A stretch of DNA of 64,000 nt from Smithellaceae bacterium. Lineage in GTDB: Bacteria; Desulfobacterota; Syntrophia; Syntrophales; Smithellaceae. Below, in pieces: positions 30,935 to 40,369 of this stretch (the stretch's first letter is position 1; every line of letters begins with the position of its first letter). The notes under the pieces were generated by a model. The model saw nothing but the letters and a program-made list of their open reading frames with translations, searched no databases and had not been told where the DNA came from. The stretch spans positions 1,888,001 to 1,952,000 of the forward strand of contig CAXXVL010000002.1 of the NCBI GenBank assembly GCA_963667845.2. The letters are read 5' to 3'. A program made the position numbers and the translations under genes.

Positions 30935-31237
30935 AGGGGTGATGCGGGACTGTAAAGCCGGTCTGAGCACAGAACAATTGCGGGCATGGCGGATTAGATC
31001 ATCGCCGGCATGAAAAAGAAGTAGAAGTTAATTGGTTCTCTGATGAACGTCTACGATGTGTGTGCGCTTGCAGGCACAATGTGCCTCCGTGGCACTGTGT
31101 AAAAAAAGCAGCCGTTCGCGGCTTTGATTTTCTGAACCGATACCCGTTTACAGGGTTTGGATGGATGGAGGGTTAAACCCCGGGTGAGCGCTGGAATTCC
31201 CGACTGCTCAATCATCAGTTCGAGGAGAACGCCATCG

Positions 31238-31765
31238 ATGGAAGCTTATTTGCGGATCGGGAGGAGAAACTTTTTAAAAGTGAGCGCGGCAGCCTCTCTG
31301 AGCTTTGTTCTGCCCAAGTGGTTGGCCGGCCGTGCCGATGCTGCCATGCGGGTGGGCGATGTGCCGGAGCCGACGATCCTGACGGATCTTCAAGGCAGGC
31401 AGCTCATTGTCCCGTCCGATTTGATGGGGAAAGTCTTGTTGCTTCATTTTTGGGCAAGTTGGTGCCCCACTTGCCACGGGGAGATGACCGCGCTCGAGTC
31501 CGCCTACATAAAATACCGGAAAAGAGGCGTGGTCGTATGCTCGATAGACCTGGGAGAAAAACGGGAAGCCGTCGTGGCGTATATCAGGAATATGAATATT
31601 TCGTACCCGATTTTACTGGACCCGAATTCATCGACACGCAAGCTGTTCGGTGTTTCCGGTGTTCCGACCTATTTTGTGCTCACCCGTAAAGGGGCTGTCC
31701 GATTTAAAATTATCGGTGCAGCCGACAAGGACGGATTGGATCGAATGATCAGGACGCTGTTGTAG
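31238..31765 (+). CDS. TlpA-like oxidoreductase with twin-arginine signal
   Basis: GRRNFLK Tat motif; FWASWCPTC; GVSGVPTYF; ATG 31238 preferred. Confidence 0.85.
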   Translation: MEAYLRIGRRNFLKVSAAASLSFVLPKWLAGRADAAMRVGDVPEPTILTDLQGRQLIVPSDLMGKVLLLHFWASWCPTCHGEMTALESAYIKYRKRGVVVCSIDLGEKREAVVAYIRNMNISYPILLDPNSSTRKLFGVSGVPTYFVLTRKGAVRFKIIGAADKDGLDRMIRTLL

Positions 31766-31766
31766 A

Positions 31767-32096
31767 ATGAAAAAATATAAATTTATTCCGGCTGCGATAG
31801 TCCTCATTATTCTGCTGTGCGCCCCCATGAGCTACGGGGCGCTTTGCAGTGAAGAACCGGGCGCCGGTCTAATCTGCTTTTGTTGTCGGGATGCCGGAAA
31901 AACGTGCCCGATGATTTCCTGTGCCTGCTCGCGGGACCAAATCGATCAGGATGTCTCCAGAATAACGCCGGAAATGTCAGTCCGGATGCCGGATGTGAAT
32001 TTTTTCATACAATCGGTTCTTTACAAAATAGAAACTATTCCCCTGCCGGAGCCGGTCTACCTTGAGGTTCCGGTCCAGCCGCCCATTATCAGCTGA
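31767..32096 (+). CDS. Secreted Cys-rich small protein with C-terminal xPP (DUF2946/CutF-like leader candidate)
   Basis: Signal peptide; CFCC..CPMISCAC; ends PVQPPIIS-stop directly upstream of nosL. Confidence 0.6.
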   Translation: MKKYKFIPAAIVLIILLCAPMSYGALCSEEPGAGLICFCCRDAGKTCPMISCACSRDQIDQDVSRITPEMSVRMPDVNFFIQSVLYKIETIPLPEPVYLEVPVQPPIIS

Positions 32097-32206
32097 TTCA
32101 CTAAAGACCATAGACGTAAATGTATACCGGCGCATTTTTCCCGGAAGATGAATTTCCGCGGCCGGCCGGATGGATTATTCTGATGATGAAGAAGAAAGGG
32201 TTCGTT

Positions 32207-32725
32207 ATGAAAAAAGCAGCACTGTATTGCGTAGTGGTAATTTATTGCCTGCTTTCAGCCGGCATGCTCTTTGCGGTCGAAACCGACGTGAAAGAGACAC
32301 CCGCCTGCAAGTATTGCGGCATGAACAGAGATACCTTTGCCCACAGCCGGATGTTGATAGAATACGACAACGGCTCGAAAGTGGGTACGTGCTCCCTGCA
32401 CTGTGCAGCGGTTGATCTTGCCCTCAACCTCGATCTGGCGCCGAAAATGATCCAGGTGGGCGATTACGGCACGAAGGGCCTGATCAACGCGGAAACGGCC
32501 TACTGGGTTATCGGCGGGAAAAAGCCCGGCGTTATGACAAAGAACGCCAAATGGGCTTTTGCCCAAAAAGCGGATGCTGAAAAGTACATGCAGGAAAACG
32601 GCGGCAGTCTGGCCGGTTTCGATGAAGCTCTCGAAGCTGCTTACAAGGATCTAGCCTCCGACACCAAGATGATCCGGGAGCGCAGGGCCATGAAGAAAAA
32701 GAAAATGCAGGAGCATAGCCATTGA
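32207..32725 (+). CDS. NosL-family copper chaperone
   Basis: Signal peptide; CKYCGM, TCSLHC, INAETAYWVIGG..GVM, AF..KADAEKY..ENGG. Confidence 0.8.
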   Translation: MKKAALYCVVVIYCLLSAGMLFAVETDVKETPACKYCGMNRDTFAHSRMLIEYDNGSKVGTCSLHCAAVDLALNLDLAPKMIQVGDYGTKGLINAETAYWVIGGKKPGVMTKNAKWAFAQKADAEKYMQENGGSLAGFDEALEAAYKDLASDTKMIRERRAMKKKKMQEHSH

Positions 32726-33231
32726 TCGGAAAAACCAGACAACATGTGAAGATGCTGAGGAGCCTTCAGATCATCGGCATGGTATGTGTTCTTGTCTTGT
32801 CATCATGGGCGGGGGCGGCCGATAAGAAGATGCCGGCGCCCTCGCCCCGGGACAAATGTCCGGTCTGCGGAATGTTTGTGGCGAAGTATCCCGACTGGAC
32901 CACGGCTGTCCTTTTTAAGAATGGCTCCCATGTCTTTTTTGACGGAACGAAGGACATGTTCAAATATCTTTTTGATCTGAAGCGCTATGATCCTTTGCGT
33001 AAAGCGGCTGATATTGAGGACGTCATGGTCAGGGACTACTATCGTCTGGAGTGGCTTTCCGCGCACAAGGCCTGGTATGTCCTGGACAGTGATGTTTACG
33101 GCCCCATGGGCAGGGAGCTCATTCCCCTGGCGCTGGAAGCGGATGCGCGGGAGTTCCTGCGCGACCATAAAGGGAAAAAAATTCTGAGGTTCACCGATGT
33201 GACAAGGGAGGTTATCCAAAGCCTTGATTAG
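32722..33231 (+). CDS. NosL-family copper chaperone
   Basis: CPVCGMFV, FFDGTKDMF, VRDYY, AWYVLDSDVYGPMGRELIP, F..DHKG. Confidence 0.85.
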   Translation: MIGKTRQHVKMLRSLQIIGMVCVLVLSSWAGAADKKMPAPSPRDKCPVCGMFVAKYPDWTTAVLFKNGSHVFFDGTKDMFKYLFDLKRYDPLRKAADIEDVMVRDYYRLEWLSAHKAWYVLDSDVYGPMGRELIPLALEADAREFLRDHKGKKILRFTDVTREVIQSLD

Positions 33232-33580
33232 GAAATTTTTCGCACAAAGCTGCGGCAGGCATCCGGCGCCCGCCAGAAAATCAAGTTACTGTTTAACGGT
33301 GCTGGGTGTTTGCTTGCTGCTTTGGGGACTGATGCTCGGCCATGCCGCCTGGCAGCGGCGGGCCGACGGTCCTGAGCTTAACCGGCTGGCCTATGTGGCT
33401 CAAGAGCTGGAGCTCACGGATTTGTGCTTGTTCACGGAGGCGCGCTATACCCGCCATCTTTCCCAGGCGGATGCGTTTTCGGCGTTTCAGGACCACCCCG
33501 TTGCGCTGGATCATTTTCCTACGGGATCTATTGCGGGGCCTCCCGCAGGATTACGGAAACACAATGAAAAAATGGATTGA
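33224..33580 (+). CDS. Hypothetical single-TM protein of the NosL/ABC module
   Basis: One TM helix then LTDLCLFTEARYTRH..FQDHP..HFP; overlaps both neighbours. Confidence 0.6.
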   Translation: MIRKFFAQSCGRHPAPARKSSYCLTVLGVCLLLWGLMLGHAAWQRRADGPELNRLAYVAQELELTDLCLFTEARYTRHLSQADAFSAFQDHPVALDHFPTGSIAGPPAGLRKHNEKMD

Positions 33581-34700
33581 AAAACAACGCAATATCCTGG
33601 ATTTTACGCTTTCCTCCCTGCTCCGGAGGAAGGCCAAAAATATCAGTCTCTTTCTGACCTACACGCTGGTCGTATTCCTGCTGGGTTCGGCCATGTTTTT
33701 TACCCAGGCAATGAAGCGGGAAGCCTCTCTGATTCTGAAAGACGCTCCGGAAATGGTTGTGCAAAGGCTCTTGATGGGCCGGTATGATCCTGTTCCCGTG
33801 GACTATCTTAACAAGATAAAAGACATCCGGGGAGTCATCTGGGCCGACTCCAGGCTGTGGGGGTACTATTATGATCCGGTTACGGGCGCCAACTATACCC
33901 TGATGGTTCCCCGTCAGCATCCGCCGGCTTCCGGAAAAATAGTCATCGGGAACGGGATAGCGAGAGCCAGGGCGCTGGATCGGGGAGATATCTTTTCCTT
34001 TCGAACGTTTGACGGCCGGGTCCAGAGTCTTACCGTCGCCGACGAATTATCAGCGGCCTCCGAGCTTATGTCCGCGGATTTGATTCTGATGGGGGAGGGC
34101 GACTTCCGGCTTTTATTCGGGTTGCCGGATTCCCGGGCGACGGATATCGTCGTTAAAGTCAGAAATCAAAAGGAGCTCCGAACCATTGCCGGAAAGATAA
34201 CGGAGTTGCTTCCCGATACCCGGCCGATCCTGCGCGATGAAATGATCCGCACCTATGATGCCGTCTTTGACTGGCGCGGGGGCATGGTGGTCGTTCTCAC
34301 CATCATGTCTTTGTTTGCTTTTGTCATTTTCGCCTGGGATAAGGCCTCAGGGCTTTCCGCCGAGGAAAAGCGGGAAATAGGCATTCTGAAAGCCATCGGC
34401 TGGGAGACGGCTGATATCCTTGCCGTCAAAACGTATGAGGGGTCGCTTACGTCTTTTCTTTCTTTCAGTATGGGTGTTTTATTGGCCTATGTGCATGTGT
34501 TTTTTTTCTCGGCTTTTCTGTTTGCCCCGGCGCTCAAAGGCTGGTCCGTTCTCTACCCGGATTTCCGGGTCACACCGTTCATTGATCCGTATCAGCTGGC
34601 CGTTCTCTTTTTCCTGACGGTTGTGCCCTACACAGTCGCCACGATTATTCCCTCCTGGAGAGCGGCTATTGTGGACCCGGACACCGTGATGAGGTCCTGA
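33564..34700 (+). CDS. ABC transporter permease, FtsX/LolCE/MacB type
   Basis: TM1, periplasmic domain, then three TM helices; EKREIGILKAIGW; ends IPSWRAAIVDP; ATG 33564 preferred to 33342. Confidence 0.88.
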   Translation: MKKWIEKQRNILDFTLSSLLRRKAKNISLFLTYTLVVFLLGSAMFFTQAMKREASLILKDAPEMVVQRLLMGRYDPVPVDYLNKIKDIRGVIWADSRLWGYYYDPVTGANYTLMVPRQHPPASGKIVIGNGIARARALDRGDIFSFRTFDGRVQSLTVADELSAASELMSADLILMGEGDFRLLFGLPDSRATDIVVKVRNQKELRTIAGKITELLPDTRPILRDEMIRTYDAVFDWRGGMVVVLTIMSLFAFVIFAWDKASGLSAEEKREIGILKAIGWETADILAVKTYEGSLTSFLSFSMGVLLAYVHVFFFSAFLFAPALKGWSVLYPDFRVTPFIDPYQLAVLFFLTVVPYTVATIIPSWRAAIVDPDTVMRS

Positions 34701-34702
34701 AA

Positions 34703-35419
34703 ATGATAAAATTAATGAATGTTCGCAAAGGGTTTAATGTCGGCAAGTCTAATGAATTTATTGCCGTCCGGGGAGTTACGCTGACCCTGGCCGGAAACGG
34801 CATCACGGTCCTCAAAGGGCCGAGCGGTTCAGGAAAGACGACGCTGCTCAGTCTTATCGGCTGCATGTCCAGACCGACTTCGGGACGTATTGAATTTGCA
34901 GGTGATAACGGAATCCTGAAAAAAACCAATGTGGACAAGGTTGAAGTCACGAGTTTGCCCGAACGGTTTTTGACGGAAATCCGACGCCGGACATTTGGAT
35001 TCATCTTTCAGCAGTTCAATCTGATAAAAGGGATCACCGTTCTGGAAAATGTCCTGCTGCCGTCTTACCCTCTCGGTGAAAAATATTCGTTCGTCATGGA
35101 GAGGGCAAAAATGCTGCTTACGATGTTCGGCCTTGGGGAGCGCGCCTGCGCGAAGGTCGAGTGGCTCTCCGGAGGAGAAATGCAGCGTGTGGCCATTGCC
35201 CGGGCGTTAATGAACGACCCGCCTGTCCTGATCGCCGATGAACCGACGGCGCATCTGGACAGTAAGCTTTCCTGCGAGTTTATGGAAATCATTTCTCAAT
35301 TGAAAAAATCCGGAAAGACGATCATCATCGCCAGCCATGACCCTCTTGTCTTTGATGCGGACTCGATCGACAGGGTGGTTGCCGTCCGGGACGGGCTCGT
35401 CGACGGGGATGAAAAATGA
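34703..35419 (+). CDS. ABC transporter ATP-binding protein (LolD-like)
   Basis: GPSGSGKTT, GFIFQQFNL, LSGGEMQRVAIARAL, ADEPT, SHD. Confidence 0.95.
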   Translation: MIKLMNVRKGFNVGKSNEFIAVRGVTLTLAGNGITVLKGPSGSGKTTLLSLIGCMSRPTSGRIEFAGDNGILKKTNVDKVEVTSLPERFLTEIRRRTFGFIFQQFNLIKGITVLENVLLPSYPLGEKYSFVMERAKMLLTMFGLGERACAKVEWLSGGEMQRVAIARALMNDPPVLIADEPTAHLDSKLSCEFMEIISQLKKSGKTIIIASHDPLVFDADSIDRVVAVRDGLVDGDEK

Positions 35420-36420
35420 TTCTTCACCCGGGCATTGTCGCGCTGGTTCTGGTTTCTTTTCTCGTAAGCTCGATGACCTTCTACAGCTCTTTTTTCGGAA
35501 TCCGGATCATCAGAAGATGGGACATGAAAAGCGGGAGTGAGGATCAGCTGGATCTGGAGCGTAGAACCTACCTGATCTCAACGGTCCTCTCCTATGTGTT
35601 CTTTTTTCAGATCGCATCGCTCTTCCTTTATGTTTATACCGCCGACAGCCTGCACCATATGTTTGTCGGGGCCATGTGCGCCGCCGGCGTCCTGCACGTC
35701 GATCCCTATGGCTATCCGACACTGCTGTTAAAGATGCTCAATGTTATTTTGGCGGGCCTCTGGCTGATCATCAACACCATAGACAACCGGGCCTATGATT
35801 ATCCCCTGATCCGGATAAAATACGGCCTGCTCTTGATTCTGGCGCCGCTGATCGTCACGGAATCGGTCCTTCAATTGTTATTTTTTATACAAATGAAAGC
35901 GGATGTGATCACCTCCTGCTGCGGAAGCCTTTTCGGTTCGGATCAACGCAGTGTCGGTTCAGATATTGCCGCCTGGCCGGTTGGCGCCGCGATGACCATA
36001 TTTTATTTGAGTCTGGTCCTGACCTTTGTAACGGGTCTGCTTTACCTGATGAAGGGGAAATGGGGACGTCTTTTTTCTTTGTTCAGCGTGCTTTTTTTTC
36101 TGATAGCCTGCTGTGCCCTGGTTTCCTTTCTTTCCCTGTATTTTTACGAACTGCCGACGCATCACTGTCCTTTTTGCATCTTACAGAGAGAATATGGCTA
36201 CGTCGGATACCTTCTTTATGCCGCTCTGTTCGCAGGCGTGATTGCCGGGCTGGGAGTGGGAGTCTTGATGCCTTTCCGGGGAATCCCGAGCCTGTCGCAA
36301 GACCTGCCCCGGATCCAGAAAAGGCTTGCCGTAGTCTGCCTTCTTGCCTACTTTGTCTTCGCGGCGATATCGATCGGCCGCATGGCGAGCACGGATTTCA
36401 CGATGAGGCTGTTGGGGTGA
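35416..36420 (+). CDS. Polytopic membrane protein with Cys/His motifs, function unknown
   Basis: About 8 TM helices; loops GAMCAAG, TSCCGSLF, PTHHCPFC; ATGA overlap with the ATPase gene. Confidence 0.75.
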   Translation: MILHPGIVALVLVSFLVSSMTFYSSFFGIRIIRRWDMKSGSEDQLDLERRTYLISTVLSYVFFFQIASLFLYVYTADSLHHMFVGAMCAAGVLHVDPYGYPTLLLKMLNVILAGLWLIINTIDNRAYDYPLIRIKYGLLLILAPLIVTESVLQLLFFIQMKADVITSCCGSLFGSDQRSVGSDIAAWPVGAAMTIFYLSLVLTFVTGLLYLMKGKWGRLFSLFSVLFFLIACCALVSFLSLYFYELPTHHCPFCILQREYGYVGYLLYAALFAGVIAGLGVGVLMPFRGIPSLSQDLPRIQKRLAVVCLLAYFVFAAISIGRMASTDFTMRLLG

Positions 36421-36700
36421 TCATTGGCTCAGGAGGTGAAGCGTGAACTTCCGCCGGTCGGCAATTGTGAAAAAGCGCCGGTAAATTTTCTTAATGATTA
36501 TTTCCTGAGACAAACAGATCGTCAACTTATTACGGATAGGGGAATGCAATCGGGAATAAACATTAAACCCCGGCAGAAAACATTGGCGCAAAACCTTGCT
36601 CTTTATGGTCAATGGCTCATTGAGATAGAAGACCGGCGGGCGGAGCGGATTGATTTGGAAACCATATACACGTTAGATATTCATCTCATCGGGGGTTGAG

Positions 36701-37111
36701 TTGAATCGCTCGCGAACCCTGAGAACCATCCAGATTGTCCTGGCCTTCATGGCGTCTCTGTTCGGCGTCGTAACGGTTATCGCCGGCACGCGTGTTCTTG
36801 CCGGCTCCGATCCGGGCTACATCGTGTTTCGGCCCCTGCTGCTCTATAACACCCTGATGGGAATAGGCTATGTGGCGGCGGGGATCGTCACGTGGCGCAA
36901 TATTGAACGAGGCAAGCATGCTGCCGCAGCGATCTTCCTGCTCAATTGGCTCGTGCTGGGAACAATCGGCTGCCTTTACGCGGCCGGAGGAGCTGTTGCC
37001 ATTGAGAGTCTTCGCGCCATGATCTTTCGAACCGCCGTCTGGCTCGTTCTGTTCCTCGGGCTGGTGTGGATGAGCCGCAGGAACAACCGCACCGGCCGGC
37101 AGGATGCCTGA
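36701..37111 (+). CDS. Hypothetical 4-TM membrane protein
   Basis: Four hydrophobic segments; GGGG RBS-like run before TTG. Confidence 0.65.
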   Translation: MNRSRTLRTIQIVLAFMASLFGVVTVIAGTRVLAGSDPGYIVFRPLLLYNTLMGIGYVAAGIVTWRNIERGKHAAAAIFLLNWLVLGTIGCLYAAGGAVAIESLRAMIFRTAVWLVLFLGLVWMSRRNNRTGRQDA

Positions 37112-37544
37112 CCCCACCTTCCAGCGAGTGGGGCGGCTTCCGGCTTGTTTCGATGCCGGAAGCCGCCCCACTTGGCAGGTGTTGATCAAACATTTCAGCT
37201 GCAAATCATTAAACATTTATTCACCTGATTATTTGTTTGCAGGGATGATCCACCGCCTCCTCTTTGCCCTGCGCTTGATCACTCTGCTCATTTCCAGGGA
37301 TATGAAGCGGTCCGGTTTTATCCTCGAGATCGTGCCCCGGGTATTGGGCAAGCGCGCCAGGATCTCTCCCATCCTGAATCCGATGGCTTATAACGGTTTT
37401 GCCTATAAGCTTGCGCCTGCTGCGCATCGGGCATTTCAATAGCGTTCCTGATACATAACAATTCCGCTGATGTTCACCAGATATCCGGCGCCGGAGAATG
37501 GTAAGCCGATGAGCTGAAATTAACGGACCGGGGCTTTATTTTAC

Positions 37545-37573
37545 TTGACATGTAATACTGCGGACAGTACGGT
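37545..37573 (+). promoter_or_regulatory. Putative sigma70 promoter for the radical SAM-darB pair
   Basis: TTGACA-N17-TACGGT, with palindrome TACTG-CGGA-CAGTA in the spacer. Confidence 0.45.
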
Positions 37574-37771
37574 TAAAAACAATTGCGCAAAACGATAAAG
37601 TAAAATTACTTGTTCCCGTTTGCAACGGACTACGTATAGGACCATAACTATACAATTTTTTGCCAAGTGCTCCGGAGTCTTGGGGACTTTCGGAGCACTT
37701 GGTGTATTGACCACCGGATCATTGGATTGCTAAATCAAAAAGTACGAAAGATTGTTGACACTACCGCAAAA

Positions 37772-39079
37772 ATGAAAATCCTGCTTACAAACCCTCCCAA
37801 TTGCGGCCGTAGTATCCCGGAGGAGCAATACGGCATTACGTCTCTCAAGCAGCTGTTCAAGGGTGAACCGTTCAATCTGGAAGTGCTGGCCGGACCGCTC
37901 GCGGGTCATGATGTTCGAATCTTTGACGGGAAGTGTGAGACGGAAGACGCCTTTTTTGCCGCTGTCGAGGATTTTGACCCCGATGTCGTCGGTTTTACGG
38001 CATTGACCTGCGAAGCCAATACCGTTATTCGCTATGCCGCTAAAATCAGAGACAGAAGAAGATCTCCGATCATCGTTGTCGGCGGCAATCATGCGACGTA
38101 TAACCCGGAAGATTTCAACCGTGCCGAATTTGATTATATCGTTATCGGATTGGGCAAAAAAAGTTTTGCCCAATTAATTGATTGTCTCGCGCGAGCGGAG
38201 GTACCGGGCCGCATCGCCGGCGTCGCCCGCACATCGCCCGGAAGTCGTTTATCCTTTTCGCCGCGGCGGTTTGGCAAAGCTGATTTGGTGGAGGATATCG
38301 CTCCCCGCTACGATCTGGTCGCGAAATACCGGAGCCAGTACCACCTGGAGCAGCTCGGGCTGGCCATGGGTTTTGTCATTACGGCGTACGGGTGCACCCA
38401 CTCCTGTTCTTTCTGCACGATCCCGGGAATGACCGGCGGAAAATATCTGACGCACGGCCCCGATGCCGTGCTGCGTGACGTGTCGCTTCTGGGGGATATC
38501 CCGTTTATCCGGATGGTGGATGCCAACACATTCGGCAATGCCAGCCAGGCGGCCGACCTGTGCGACAAAATCATGAAGGCCGGCATCCGCAAAAAATTCT
38601 TTGCCGACGTCCGCGCCGATACGATCGTCAAGCATCCGGACCTGCTCAAAAAGTGGAAGGACGCCGGCCTTTACGCTGCCGTGGTCGGCTTTGAAGATGT
38701 TCAGGATGAACGACTTAAAGCTTACAATAAGAAATACCCAGGAAGGGTGATCCGGGAGGCTATTGAAATTCTGCACGAACTGGGCATTGTGATCGTGGGC
38801 GACTTTATCGCATCACCCGGCGACACCGAGAATGATTTTGAAGCGCTGGAAACATTCATCCGGACCGAGAAAATCGAGGTACCCGTTCTCTCCGTTCTCA
38901 CGCCGATGCCCGGGACGCCCCTCTATGCCGAGATGAAAAAAGATATTGTCATTTTCGATCTGGATTATTATACGTTCACCAATGCCGTGACGAAAACAAA
39001 AATGCCCGAGGCATTATTCTACAAAACATACGCCGATCTCGTCAAAAGGCTGCATGAAAAACCGCATCAACCGCAATAA
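37772..39079 (+). CDS. Cobalamin-dependent radical SAM protein
   Basis: MKILLTNPP, PDVVGFT, VVGGNHAT B12-binding region; GCTHSCSFC (CxxxCxxC); VGFE; LTPMPGTPLY. Confidence 0.9.
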   Translation: MKILLTNPPNCGRSIPEEQYGITSLKQLFKGEPFNLEVLAGPLAGHDVRIFDGKCETEDAFFAAVEDFDPDVVGFTALTCEANTVIRYAAKIRDRRRSPIIVVGGNHATYNPEDFNRAEFDYIVIGLGKKSFAQLIDCLARAEVPGRIAGVARTSPGSRLSFSPRRFGKADLVEDIAPRYDLVAKYRSQYHLEQLGLAMGFVITAYGCTHSCSFCTIPGMTGGKYLTHGPDAVLRDVSLLGDIPFIRMVDANTFGNASQAADLCDKIMKAGIRKKFFADVRADTIVKHPDLLKKWKDAGLYAAVVGFEDVQDERLKAYNKKYPGRVIREAIEILHELGIVIVGDFIASPGDTENDFEALETFIRTEKIEVPVLSVLTPMPGTPLYAEMKKDIVIFDLDYYTFTNAVTKTKMPEALFYKTYADLVKRLHEKPHQPQ

Positions 39080-39092
39080 GCGAAGGAGTTCC

Positions 39093-40235
39093 ATGGACGT
39101 TTACATTAATGACATTGCCGCTTTCTTACCGAATGATCCCGTCACCAGCGAAGACATCGAGGAGGTCCTGGGAAAAATCCATGACGTCCGTTCGCGTGTC
39201 AAATCGCGGGTCCTCAAAAGCAACGGCATTAAGACGCGTTACTACGCGATTGACCGGAAAACCGGCGAACTCAATTATACGAACGCCCGGTTGACGGCGG
39301 AGGCCATCCGGCGGTTGAAGCCTTACGCGGGCTTTTCGACAAACGACATTCAGTGTCTGTGCTGCGGCACATCCATGGCCGATCTGATCGCACCGGGGCA
39401 CGGACTGATGGTGGCGGGCGAGCTGGGCGTCGGACCCTGCGAAGTCATCAGCACGTCGGGCATCTGTCTGTGCGGCATCTCATCGCTTAAAGCCGCTTAT
39501 GCCAATGTCGCGCTGGGCTTGAGCGACAATGCCGTGGCGACTGGCTCGGAACTGGCCTCGTCTCTTTTGCGGTCGAATTTTTTTGAACATCTGGAAGGCG
39601 ATCCCGATTTTAAGAATCATCCGATTCTGACGTTTGACTCGGATTTTTTGCGCTGGATGCTCTCGGATGCCGCGGGCGCTGTTTTCCTGTCTCCCAGGAA
39701 GAATGAAGGCCGCCGGTCGCTGCGCATTGACTGGATCGAGCACGTTTCCTATGCCGGGCAGATGGACACCTGCATGTACGCGGGCGGCCACAAAAATGAA
39801 GACGGCAGTGTGACGGGCTGGCGGCAGCTTTCGTCTCTTGCCGAAGCGCTGGAGAAGAATTTCTTTGCGCTCAAACAGGATACCGAACTGCTGGGCGAGC
39901 ACGTGATCCGGCTGACCGTCAACGAGGGTCTGGCCCGGACCATCGCCAGGCGCAAACTCCGGGCGTCCGATGTCGATTGGTTTCTGCCGCATTATTCATC
40001 GGAATTCTTCCGGGATAAGGTTCATGACGCCATGGCCGCGATCGGCTTTCCCGTTCCCTATGAAAAATGGTTTACTAATCTGGCCTACAAAGGCAACACC
40101 GGGTCGGCATCCATTTATGTCATGATGGAAGAACTGTTCCATTCGGGAAGACTGAAAGAAGGAGACACCCTTCTGTGCTACATTCCCGAAAGCGGCCGCT
40201 TCTCGGTTGCCTATATGCTGCTTACTGTTGTCTGA
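39093..40235 (+). CDS. DarB/StlD-type beta-ketoacyl synthase III
   Basis: VYINDIAAFLPN, NGIKTRYYAID, SGICLCG (catalytic Cys), FLRWMLSDAAGA, FLPHYSS, GNTGSAS, PESGRFS. Confidence 0.85.
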   Translation: MDVYINDIAAFLPNDPVTSEDIEEVLGKIHDVRSRVKSRVLKSNGIKTRYYAIDRKTGELNYTNARLTAEAIRRLKPYAGFSTNDIQCLCCGTSMADLIAPGHGLMVAGELGVGPCEVISTSGICLCGISSLKAAYANVALGLSDNAVATGSELASSLLRSNFFEHLEGDPDFKNHPILTFDSDFLRWMLSDAAGAVFLSPRKNEGRRSLRIDWIEHVSYAGQMDTCMYAGGHKNEDGSVTGWRQLSSLAEALEKNFFALKQDTELLGEHVIRLTVNEGLARTIARRKLRASDVDWFLPHYSSEFFRDKVHDAMAAIGFPVPYEKWFTNLAYKGNTGSASIYVMMEELFHSGRLKEGDTLLCYIPESGRFSVAYMLLTVV

Positions 40236-40369
40236 GGTCACCCCGACCTCGCCTCAAAAAAATTTTGACACTTATGCCTGAAGCTCCGCATCGCAAAGGG
40301 AGGAGATTGCAAACGGGACCTGTCCGGTCTCTGTTGCGGATGGACGGTATTATCCACAGACAAAGGCCG

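Noticed and set aside
32094..32096. Selenocysteine readthrough at other TGA stops (32096, 36420, 61731)
   Set aside because: The proteins look complete at those stops, which are not in a redox motif; no domain continuation recognised
32207..33231. Nitrous oxide reductase (nos) cluster
   Set aside because: Only NosL-like genes; no nosZ, nosD or nosR, and the ABC is LolCDE/MacB-type rather than NosFY
33342..33563. Long N-terminal extensions in the ORF track (also 37667, 48894, 49457, 51562, 31157)
   Set aside because: They overlap upstream genes or promoters; downstream ATGs fit the family N-termini, RBS or stop-start overlap better
36424..36699. 91-aa ORF after the Cys/His membrane protein
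   Set aside because: TTG start, no motif and intergenic-like composition; small ORFs in 37104-37442 are likewise unsupported
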